Assembly: GCA_964057225.1 (NCBI GenBank)
Contig: OZ059895.1
Coordinates: 558,001 to 622,000 of the forward strand
Direction of reading: 5' to 3'
Length of the DNA stretch: 64,000 nt
Source of the DNA: Auanema rhodensis
Lineage: Eukaryota > Animalia > Nematoda
Positions 1 to 11,232 of the stretch are shown one piece after another; the first letter of the stretch is position 1; each line of letters starts with the position of its first letter. The translations under genes were made by a program, and so were the position numbers. Under the pieces are notes generated by a model. It did no database searches. It saw only the letters and a list, made by a program, of their open reading frames with translations, and was not told the DNA's origin.

Positions 1-112
1 GATAACACAGATCGACGCAGCTTACAAATCTGCACCGAATGCACTATACTACATTGAGAAACGCTAGATACAAAAATTAGTTATGATCGTTTGAAAAATG
101 ATGCATTAGTGT

Positions 113-140
113 ATGTTGAGTTTCCATGTACACTCAACAT
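113..140. other. Inverted repeat in each monomer: ATGTTGAGT-(10 nt)-ACTCAACAT
   Basis: Perfect 9-bp arms at 113-121 and 132-140, present in every copy I inspected. Confidence 0.9.
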
Positions 141-153
141 TGCTTCCAAAAAC

Positions 154-188
154 ATTTTGACAAAAATTTTTTCGAAAAATTTCAAAAT
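154..188. other. Imperfect A/T-rich palindrome ATTTTGA...TTTTTCGAAAAA...TCAAAAT in each monomer
   Basis: A 12-bp perfect palindrome at 168-179 with outer 7-bp arms at 154-160 and 182-188. Low complexity makes chance occurrence plausible. Confidence 0.7.
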
Positions 189-290
189 AATTTAGCAAAA
201 AGTACATGTTTTTAGATTCCATTTTTCAAGACAAAGACGATAGACAATGTTATTCAATGAAAAAATTAATTCTTCAGGGTGAAAATCGAG

Positions 291-312
291 GATATAAGTG
301 TGAACTTATATC
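291..312. other. Inverted repeat in each monomer: GATATAAGT-GTGA-ACTTATATC
   Basis: Perfect 9-bp arms at 291-299 and 304-312 with a 4-nt loop. It overlaps a second dyad, ATATCA-GT-TGATAT (308-321). Confidence 0.9.
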
Positions 313-322
313 AGTTGATATC

Positions 323-389
323 TCGGTGCATTTTTAAGCTAGCGCAAATCTGATAACACAGATCGACGCAGCTTAAAAATCCGCATCGA
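323..389. other. 67-bp imperfect inverted repeat spanning the monomer junction, recurring every 351 bp
   Basis: Paired arms: TCGGTGC/GCATCGA (323-329/383-389, one G.T), ATTTTTAAGCT/AGCTTAAAAAT (330-340/370-380, 11 bp perfect), GCG/CGC, ATCTG/CAGAT (348-352/359-363). Loop is ATAACA. Confidence 0.9.
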
Positions 390-3300
390 ATGCACTATAC
401 TACATTGAGAAACGCTTAATAGAAAAATTAGTTATGATCGTTTGAAAAATGATGCATTAGTGTATGTTGAGTTTCCATGTACACTCAACATTGCTTCCAA
501 AAACATTTTGACAAAAATTTTTTCGAAAAATTTCAAAATAATGTAGCAAAAAGTAGATGTTTTTAGATTCCTTATTTCAAGGCAAAAACGATAGACAATG
601 TTATTCAACGAAAAAATTAATTCTTCAGTGTGAAAATCGAGGATATAAGTGTGAACTTATATCAGTTGATATCTCGGTGCATTTTTAAGCTAGCGCAAAT
701 CTGATAACACAGATCGACGCAGCTTAAAAATCCGCATCGAATGCACTATACTACATTGAGAAACGCTTGATACAAAAATTAGTTATGATCGTTTGAAAAA
801 TGATGCATTAGTGTATGTTGAGTTTCCATGTACACTCAACATTGCTTCCAAAAACATTTTGACAAAAATTTTTTCGAAAAATTTCAAAATAATGTAGCAA
901 AAAGTAGATGTTTTTAGATTCCTTATTTCAAGGCAAAAACGATAGACAATGTTATTCAACGAAAAAATTAATTCTTCAGTGTGAAAATCGAGGATATAAG
1001 TGTGAACTTATATCAGTTGATATCTCGGTGCATTTTTAAGCTAGCGCAAATCTGATAACACAGATCGACGCAGCTTAAAAATCCGCATCGAATGCACTAT
1101 ACTACATTGAGAAACGCTTAATACAAAAATTTGTTATGATCGTTTGAAAAATGATGCATTAGTGTATGTTGAGTTTCCATGTACACTCAACATTGCTTCC
1201 AAAAACATTTTGACAAAAATTTTTTCGAAACATTTCAAAATAATTTAGCAAAAAGTAGATGTTTTTAGATTCCTTTTTTCAAGGCAAAGACGATGGACAA
1301 TGTTATTCAACGAAAAAATTAATTCTTCAGGGTGAAAATCGAGGATATAAGTGTGAACTTATATCAGTTGATATCTCGGTGTATTTTTAAGCTAACGCAA
1401 ATCTGATAACACAGATCGACGCAGCTTAAAAATCCGCATCGAATGCACTATACTACATTGAGAAACGCTTGATACAAAAATTAGTTATGATCGTTTGAAA
1501 AATGATGCATTAGTGTATGTTGAGTTTCCATGTACACTCAACATTGCTTCCAAAAACATTTTGACAAAAATTTTTTCGAAAAATTTCAAGATAATGTAGC
1601 AAAAAGTAGATGTTTTTAGATTCCTTTTTTCAAGGCGAAGACGATGGACAAAGTTATTCAACGAAAAAATTGATTCTTCAGGGTGAAAATCGAGGATATA
1701 AGTTTGAACTTATATCAGTTGATATCTCGGTGCATTTTTAAGTTAGCGCAAATCTGATAACACAGATCGACGCAGCTTACAAATCTGCATCGAATGCACT
1801 ATACTACATTGAGAAACGCTAGATACAAAAATTAGTTATGATCGTTTGAAAAATGATGCATTAGTGTATGTTGAGTTTCCATGTACACTCAACATTGCTT
1901 CCAAAAACATTTTGACAAAAATTTTTTCGAAAAATTTCAAAATAATTTAGCAAAAAGTACATGTTTTTAGATTCCATTTTTCAAGACAAAGACGATAGAC
2001 AATGTTATTCAATGAAAAAATTAATTCTTCAGGGTGAAAATCGAGGATATAAGTGTGAACTTATATCAGTTGATATCTCGGTGCATTTTTAAGCTAGCGC
2101 AAATCTGATAACACAGATCGACGCAGCTTAAAAATCCGCATCGAATGCACTATACTACATTGAGAAACGCTTAATAGAAAAATTAGTTATGATCGTTTGA
2201 AAAATGATGCATTAGTGTATGTTGAGTTTCCATGTACACTCAACATTGCTTCCAAAAACATTTTGACAAAAATTTTTTCGAAAAATTTCAAAATAATGTA
2301 GCAAAAAGTAGATGTTTTTAGATTCCTTATTTCAAGGCAAAAACGATAGACAATGTTATTCAACGAAAAAATTAATTCTTCAGTGTGAAAATCGAGGATA
2401 TAAGTGTGAACTTATATCAGTTGATATCTCGGTGCATTTTTAAGCTAGCGCAAATCTGATAACACAGATCGACGCAGCTTAAAAATCCGCATCGAATGCA
2501 CTATACTACATTGAGAAACGCTTGATACAAAAATTAGTTATGATCGTTTGAAAAATGATGCATTAGTGTATGTTGAGTTTCCATGTACACTCAACATTGC
2601 TTCCAAAAACATTTTGACAAAAATTTTTTCGAAAAATTTCAAAATAATGTAGCAAAAAGTAGATGTTTTTAGATTCCTTATTTCAAGGCAAAAACGATAG
2701 ACAATGTTATTCAACGAAAAAATTAATTCTTCAGTGTGAAAATCGAGGATATAAGTGTGAACTTATATCAGTTGATATCTCGGTGCATTTTTAAGCTAGC
2801 GCAAATCTGATAACACAGATCGACGCAGCTTAAAAATCCGCATCGAATGCACTATACTACATTGAGAAACGCTTGATACAAAAATTAGTTATGATCGTTT
2901 GAAAAATGATGCATTAGTGTATGTTGAGTTTCCATGTACACTCAACATTGCTTCCAAAAACATTTTGACAAAAATTTTTTCGAAAAATTTCAAAATAATG
3001 TAGCAAAAAGTAGATGTTTTTAGATTCCTTTTTTCAAGGCGAAGACGATGGACAAAGTTATTCAACGAAAAAATTGATTCTTCAGGGTGAAAATCGAGGA
3101 TATAAGTGTGAACTTATATCAGTTGATATCTCGGTGCATTTTTAAGCTAGCGCAAATCTGATAACACAGATCGACGCAGCTTAAAAATCCGCATCAAATG
3201 CACTATACTACATTTAGAAACGCTTAATACAAAAATTAGTTATGATCGTTTGAAAAATGATGCATTAGTGTATGTTGAGTTTCCATGTACACTCAACATT

Positions 3301-3652
3301 GCTTCCAAAAACATTTTGACAAAAATTTTTTCGAAAAATTTCAAGATAATGTAGCAAAAAGTAGATGTTTTTAGATTCCTTTTTTCAAGGCGAAGACGAT
3401 GGACAAAGTTATTCAACGAAAAAATTGATTCTTCAGGGTGAAAATCGAGGATATAAGTGTGAACTTATATCAGTTGATATCTCGGTGCATTTTTAAGCTA
3501 GCGCAAATCTGATAACACAGATCGACGCAGCTTAAAAATCCGCATCGAATGCACTATACTACATTGAGAAACGCTTGATACAAAAATTAGTTATGATCGT
3601 TTGAAAAATGATGCATTAGTGTATGTTGAGTTTCCATGTACACTCAACATTG

Positions 3653-6600
3653 TTTCCAAAAACATTTTGACAAAAATTTTTTCGAAAAATTTCAAGATAA
3701 TGTAGCAAAAAGTAGATGTTTTTAGATTCCTTTTTTCAAGGCGAAGACGATGGACAAAGTTATTCAACGAAAAAATTGATTCTTCAGGGTGAAAATCGAG
3801 GATATAAGTGTGAACTTATATCAGTTGATATCTCGGTGCATTTTTAAGTTAGCGCAAATCTGATAACACAGATCGACGCAGCTTACAAATCCGCATCGAA
3901 TGCACTATACTACATTGAGAAACGCTAAATACAAAAATTAGTTATGATCGTTTGAAAAATGATGCATTAGTGTATGTTGAGTTTCCATGTACACTCAACA
4001 TTGCTTCCAAAAACATTTTGACAAAAATTTTTTCGAAAAATTTCAAAATAATTTAGCAAAAAGTAGATGTTTTTAGATTCCATTTTTCAAAGCAAAGACG
4101 ATGGACAATGTTATTCAACGAAAAAATTAATTCTTCAGTGTGAAAATCGAGGATATAAGTGTGAACTTATATCAGTTGATATCTCGGTGCATTTTTAAGC
4201 TAGCGCAAATCTGATAACACAAATCGACGCAGCTTAAAAATCCGCATCGAATGCACTATACTACATTGAGAAACGCTTAATACAAAAATTAGTTATGATC
4301 GTTTGAAAAATGATGCATTAGTGTATGTTGAGTTTCCATGTACACTCAACATTGCTTCCAAAAACATTTTGACAAAAATTTTTTCGAAAAATTTCAAAAT
4401 AATTTAGCAAAAAGTAGATGTTTTTAGATTTCATTTTTCAAGGCAAAGACGATAGACAATGTTATTCAACGAAAAAATTAATTCTTCAGGGTGAAAATCG
4501 AGGATATAAGTGTGAACTTATATCAGTTGATATCTCGGTGCATTTTTAAGCTAGCGCAAATCTGATAACACAGATCGACGCAGCTTAAAAATCCGCATCG
4601 AATGCACTATACTACATTGAGAAACGCTTAATACAAAAATTAGTTATGATCGTTTGAAAAATGATGCATTAGTGTATGTTGAGTTTCCATGTACACTCAA
4701 CATTGCTTCCAAAAACATTTTGACAAAAAGTTTTTCGAAAAATTTCAAAATAATTTAGCAAAAAGTAGATGTTTTTAGATTTCTTTTTTCAAGGCAAAGA
4801 CGATGGACAATGTTATTCAACGAAAAAATTAATTCTTCAGGGTGAAAATCGAGGATATAAGTGTGAACTTATATCAGTTGATATCTCGGTGCATTTTTAA
4901 GCTAGCGCAAATCTGATAACACAGATCGACGCAGCTTAAAAATCCGCATCGAGTGCACTATACTACATTGAGAAACGCTTAATACAAAAATTAGTTTTGA
5001 TCGTTTGAAAAATGATGCATTAGTGTATGTTGAGTTTCCATGTACACTCAACATTGCTTCCAAAAACATTTTGACAAAAATTTTTTCGAAAAATTTCAAG
5101 ATAATTTAGCAAAAAGTAGATGTTTTTAGATTCCATTTTTCAAAGCAGAGACGATGGACAATGTTATTCAACGAAAAAATTAATTCTTCAGGGTGAAAAT
5201 CGAGGATATAAGTGTGAACTTATATCAGTTGATATCTCGGTGCATTTTTAAGTTAGCGCAAATCTAATAACACAGATCGACGCAGCTTAAAAATCCGCAT
5301 CGAATGCACTATACTACATTGAGAAACGCTTAATACAAAAATTAGTTATGATCGTTTGAAAAATGATGCATTACTGTATGTTGAGTTTCCATGTACACTC
5401 AACATTGCTTCCAAAAACATTTTGACAACAATTTTTTCGAAACATTTCAAAATAATTTAGCAAAAAGTAGATGTTTTTAGATTCCATTTTTCAAAGCAGA
5501 GACGATGGACAATGTTATTCAACGAAAAAATTAATTCTTCAGGGTGAAAATCGAGGATATAAGTGTGAACTTATATCAGTTGATATCTCGGTGCATTTTT
5601 AAGTTAGCGCAAATCTAATAACACAGATCGACGCAGCTTAAAAATCCGCATCGAATGCACTATACTACATTGAGAAACGCTTAATACAAAAATTAGTTAT
5701 GATCGTTTGAAAAATGATGCATTACTGTATGTTGAGTTTCCATGTACACTCAACATTGCTTCCAAAAACATTTTGACAACAATTTTTTCGAAACATTTCA
5801 AAATAATTTAGCAGAAAGTAGATGTTTTTAGATTTCTTTTTTCAAGGCAAAGACGATGGACAATGTTATTCAACGAAAAAATTAATTCTTCAGGGTGAAA
5901 ATCGAGGATATAAGTGTGAACTTATATCAGTTGATATCTCGGTGCATTTTTAAGCTAGCGCAAATCTGATAACACAAATCGACGCAGCTTAAAAATCCGC
6001 ATCGAATGCACTATACTACATTGAGAAACGCTTAATACAAAAATTAGTTATGATCGTTTGAAAAATGATGCATTAGTGTATGTTGAGTTTCCATGTACAC
6101 TCAACATTGCTTCCAAAAACATTTTGACAAAAATTTTTTCGAAAAATTTCAAAATAATTTAGCAAAAAGTAGATGTTTTTAGATTTCATTTTTCAAGGCA
6201 AAGACGATAGACAATGTTATTCAACGAAAAAATTAATTCTTCAGGGTGAAAATCGAGGATATAAGTGTGAACTTATATCAGTTGATATCTCGGTGCATTT
6301 TTAAGCTAGCGCAAATCTGATAACACAGATCGACGCAGCTTAAAAATCCGCATCGAATGCACTATACTACATTGAGAAACGCTTAATACAAAAATTAGTT
6401 ATGATCTTTTGAAAAATGATGCATTAGTGTATGTTGAGTTTCCATGTACACTCAACATTGCTTCCAAAAACATTTTGACAAAAAGTTTTTCGAAAAATTT
6501 CAAAATAATTTAGCAAAAAGTAGATGTTTTTAGATTTCTTTTTTCAAGGCAAAGACGATGGACAATGTTATTCAACGAAAAAATTAATTCTTCAGGGTGA

Positions 6601-9600
6601 AAATCGAGGATATAAGTGTGAACTTATATCAGTTGATATCTCGGTGCATTTTTAAGCTAGCGCAAATCTGATAACACAGATCGACGCAGCTTAAAAATCC
6701 GCATCGAGTGCACTATACTACATTGAGAAACGCTTAATACAAAAATTAGTTTTGATCGTTTGAAAAATGATGCATTAGTGTATGTTGAGTTTCCATGTAC
6801 ACTCAACATTGTTTCCAAAAACATTTTGACAAAAATTTTTTCGAAAAATTTCAAGATAATGTAGCAAAAAGTAGATGTTTTTAGATTCCTTTTTTCAAGG
6901 CGAAGACGATGGACAAAGTTATTCAACGAAAAAATTGATTCTTCAGGGTGAAAATCGAGGATATAAGTGTGAACTTATATCAGTTGATATCTCGGTGCAT
7001 TTTTAAGTTAGCGCAAATCTGATAACACAGATCGACGCAGCTTACAAATCCGCATCGAATGCACTATACTACATTGAGAAACGCTAAATACAAAAATTAG
7101 TTATGATCGTTTGAAAAATGATGCATTAGTGTATGTTGAGTTTCCATGTACACTCAACATTGCTTCCAAAAACATTTTGACAAAAATTTTTTCGAAAAAT
7201 TTCAAAATAATTTAGCAAAAAGTAGATGTTTTTAGATTCCATTTTTCAAAGCAAAGACGATGGACAATGTTATTCAACGAAAAAATTAATTCTTCAGTGT
7301 GAAAATCGAGGATATAAGTGTGAACTTATATCAGTTGATATCTCGGTGCATTTTTAAGCTAGCGCAAATCTGATAACACAAATCGACGCAGCTTAAAAAT
7401 CCGCATCGAATGCACTATACTACATTGAGAAACGCTTAATACAAAAATTAGTTATGATCGTTTGAAAAATGATGCATTAGTGTATGTTGAGTTTCCATGT
7501 ACACTCAACATTGCTTCCAAAAACATTTTGACAAAAATTTTTTCGAAAAATTTCAAAATAATTTAGCAAAAAGTAGATGTTTTTAGATTTCATTTTTCAA
7601 GGCAAAGACGATAGACAATGTTATTCAACGAAAAAATTAATTCTTCAGGGTGAAAATCGAGGATATAAGTGTGAACTTATATCAGTTGATATCTCGGTGC
7701 ATTTTTAAGCTAGCGCAAATCTGATAACACAGATCGACGCAGCTTAAAAATCCGCATCGAATGCACTATACTACATTGAGAAACGCTTAATACAAAAATT
7801 AGTTATGATCGTTTGAAAAATGATGCATTAGTGTATGTTGAGTTTCCATGTACACTCAACATTGCTTCCAAAAACATTTTGACAAAAAGTTTTTCGAAAA
7901 ATTTCAAAATAATTTAGCAAAAAGTAGATGTTTTTAGATTTCTTTTTTCAAGGCAAAGACGATGGACAATGTTATTCAACGAAAAAATTAATTCTTCAGG
8001 GTGAAAATCGAGGATATAAGTGTGAACTTATATCAGTTGATATCTCGGTGCATTTTTAAGCTAGCGCAAATCTGATAACACAGATCGACGCAGCTTAAAA
8101 ATCCGCATCGAGTGCACTATACTACATTGAGAAACGCTTAATACAAAAATTAGTTTTGATCGTTTGAAAAATGATGCATTAGTGTATGTTGAGTTTCCAT
8201 GTACACTCAACATTGCTTCCAAAAACATTTTGACAAAAATTTTTTCGAAAAATTTCAAGATAATTTAGCAAAAAGTAGATGTTTTTAGATTCCATTTTTC
8301 AAAGCAGAGACGATGGACAATGTTATTCAACGAAAAAATTAATTCTTCAGGGTGAAAATCGAGGATATAAGTGTGAACTTATATCAGTTGATATCTCGGT
8401 GCATTTTTAAGTTAGCGCAAATCTAATAACACAGATCGACGCAGCTTAAAAATCCGCATCGAATGCACTATACTACATTGAGAAACGCTTAATACAAAAA
8501 TTAGTTATGATCGTTTGAAAAATGATGCATTACTGTATGTTGAGTTTCCATGTACACTCAACATTGCTTCCAAAAACATTTTGACAACAATTTTTTCGAA
8601 ACATTTCAAAATAATTTAGCAAAAAGTAGATGTTTTTAGATTCCATTTTTCAAAGCAGAGACGATGGACAATGTTATTCAACGAAAAAATTAATTCTTCA
8701 GGGTGAAAATCGAGGATATAAGTGTGAACTTATATCAGTTGATATCTCGGTGCATTTTTAAGTTAGCGCAAATCTAATAACACAGATCGACGCAGCTTAA
8801 AAATCCGCATCGAATGCACTATACTACATTGAGAAACGCTTAATACAAAAATTAGTTATGATCGTTTGAAAAATGATGCATTACTGTATGTTGAGTTTCC
8901 ATGTACACTCAACATTGCTTCCAAAAACATTTTGACAACAATTTTTTCGAAACATTTCAAAATAATTTAGCAGAAAGTAGATGTTTTTAGATTTCTTTTT
9001 TCAAGGCAAAGACGATGGACAATGTTATTCAACGAAAAAATTAATTCTTCAGGGTGAAAATCGAGGATATAAGTGTGAACTTATATCAGTTGATATCTCG
9101 GTGCATTTTTAAGCTAGCGCAAATCTGATAACACAAATCGACGCAGCTTAAAAATCCGCATCGAATGCACTATACTACATTGAGAAACGCTTAATACAAA
9201 AATTAGTTATGATCGTTTGAAAAATGATGCATTAGTGTATGTTGAGTTTCCATGTACACTCAACATTGCTTCCAAAAACATTTTGACAAAAATTTTTTCG
9301 AAAAATTTCAAAATAATTTAGCAAAAAGTAGATGTTTTTAGATTTCATTTTTCAAGGCAAAGACGATAGACAATGTTATTCAACGAAAAAATTAATTCTT
9401 CAGGGTGAAAATCGAGGATATAAGTGTGAACTTATATCAGTTGATATCTCGGTGCATTTTTAAGCTAGCGCAAATCTGATAACACAGATCGACGCAGCTT
9501 AAACATCCGCATCGAATGCACTATACTACATTGAGAAACGCTTAATACAAAAATTAGTTATGATCGTTTGAAAAATGATGCATTAGTGTATGTTGAGTTT

Positions 9601-11232
9601 CCATGTACACTCAACATTGCTTCCAAAAACATTTTGACAAAAAGTTTTTCGAAAAATTTCAAAATAATTTAGCAAAAAGTAGATGTTTTTAGATTTCTTT
9701 TTTCAAGGCAAAGACGATGGACAATGTTATTCAACGAAAAAATTAATTCTTCAGGGTGAAAATCGAGGATATAAGTGTGAACTTATATCAGTTGATATCT
9801 CGGTGCATTTTTAAGCTAGCGCAAATCTGATAACACAGATCGACGCAGCTTAAAAATCCGCATCGAGTGCACTATACTACATTGAGAAACGCTTAATACA
9901 AAAATTAGTTTTGATCGTTTGAAAAATGATGCATTAGTGTATGTTGAGTTTCCATGTACACTCAACATTGCTTCCAAAAACATTTTGACAAAAATTTTTT
10001 CGAAAAATTTCAAGATAATTTAGCAAAAAGTAGATGTTTTTAGATTCCATTTTTCAAAGCAGAGACGATGGACAATGTTATTCAACGAAAAAATTAATTC
10101 TTCAGGGTGAAAATCGAGGATATAAGTGTGAACTTATATCAGTTGATATCTCGGTGCATTTTTAAGTTAGCGCAAATCTAATAACACAGATCGACGCAGC
10201 TTAAAAATCCGCATCGAATGCACTATACTACATTGAGAAACGCTTAATACAAAAATTAGTTATGATCGTTTGAAAAATGATGCATTACTGTATGTTGAGT
10301 TTCCATGTACACTCAACATTGCTTCCAAAAACATTTTGACAACAATTTTTTCGAAACATTTCAAAATAATTTAGCAAAAAGTAGATGTTTTTAGATTCCA
10401 TTTTTCAAAGCAGAGACGATGGACAATGTTATTCAACGAAAAAATTAATTCTTCAGGGTGAAAATCGAGGATATAAGTGTGAACTTATATCAGTTGATAT
10501 CTCGGTGCATTTTTAAGTTAGCGCAAATCTAATAACACAGATCGACGCAGCTTAAAAATCCGCATCGAATGCACTATACTACATTGAGAAACGCTTAATA
10601 CAAAAATTAGTTATGATCGTTTGAAAAATGATGCATTACTGTATGTTGAGTTTCCATGTACACTCAACATTGCTTCCAAAAACATTTTGACAACAATTTT
10701 TTCGAAACATTTCAAAATAATTTAGCAGAAAGTAGATGTTTTTAGATTTCTTTTTTCAAGGCAAAGACGATGGACAATGTTATTCAACGAAAAAATTAAT
10801 TCTTCAGGGTGAAAATCGAGGATATAAGTGTGAACTTATATCAGTTGATATCTCGGTGCATTTTTAAGCTAGCGCAAATCTGATAACACAAATCGACGCA
10901 GCTTAAAAATCCGCATCGAATGCACTATACTACATTGAGAAACGCTTAATACAAAAATTAGTTATGATCGTTTGAAAAATGATGCATTAGTGTATGTTGA
11001 GTTTCCATGTACACTCAACATTGCTTCCAAAAACATTTTGACAAAAATTTTTTCGAAAAATTTCAAAATAATTTAGCAAAAAGTAGATGTTTTTAGATTT
11101 CATTTTTCAAGGCAAAGACGATAGACAATGTTATTCAACGAAAAAATTAATTCTTCAGGGTGAAAATCGAGGATATAAGTGTGAACTTATATCAGTTGAT
11201 ATCTCGGTGCATTTTTAAGCTAGCGCAAATCT
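3653..11232. repeat. 5-mer higher-order repeat (1755 bp) nested within a 9-monomer (3159-bp) duplication
   Basis: Rare SNP TGTTTCC at 3653/6812 and CAGTGTG at 4139/7298 are each 3159 bp apart. The five-type order runs at 4213-5967, 7372-9126 and 9127-10881. Confidence 0.85.

Larger units (their letters stand above)
1..351. repeat. Representative monomer (arbitrary phase), A/T-tract rich, ~69% AT
   Basis: Hand count of the consensus gives 110 G+C in 351 nt, with multiple A4-6 and T4-6 tracts. Confidence 0.97.
1..2808. repeat. Local duplication with 5-monomer (1755-bp) offset
   Basis: Monomers at 1/352/703 match those at 1756/2107/2458 in rare variants (CTAGATA, GTACATG, AGACAAAG, CAATGAA; AATAGAAAA; CTTATTT, AAAACGATAG, CAGTGTG). 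Confidence 0.85.

Noticed and set aside
170-186. CENP-B box-like motif (TTCG....A)
   Set aside because: It matches only TTCG and A of NTTCGNNNNANNCGGGN; the CGGG is absent.
148-226. Helically phased A-tracts giving intrinsic curvature
   Set aside because: Tract starts are spaced ~9-14 bp (mean ~12), not a clear 10-10.5-bp phase. This would need curvature modelling or gel mobility data.
80-275. Ancestral ~175-bp dimer substructure of the monomer (GTTAT...GAAAAA at ~80 and ~249)
   Set aside because: The similarity is short, A/T-rich and does not extend, so it cannot be supported by eye.
1-351. Tandem 5S rRNA, tRNA, snRNA or spliced-leader gene unit; assignment to a named satellite family or species
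   Set aside because: I recognised no such RNA sequence or Pol III boxes, and cannot match the monomer to a named family without a database search.
350-415. Satellite-encoded hammerhead ribozyme (CTGATAA...GAAA)
   Set aside because: The core reads CUGAUAA rather than CUGANGA, and I could not build stems I-III around the downstream GAAA. The minus-strand CTGATAT also fails. An Infernal/Rfam search would be definitive.
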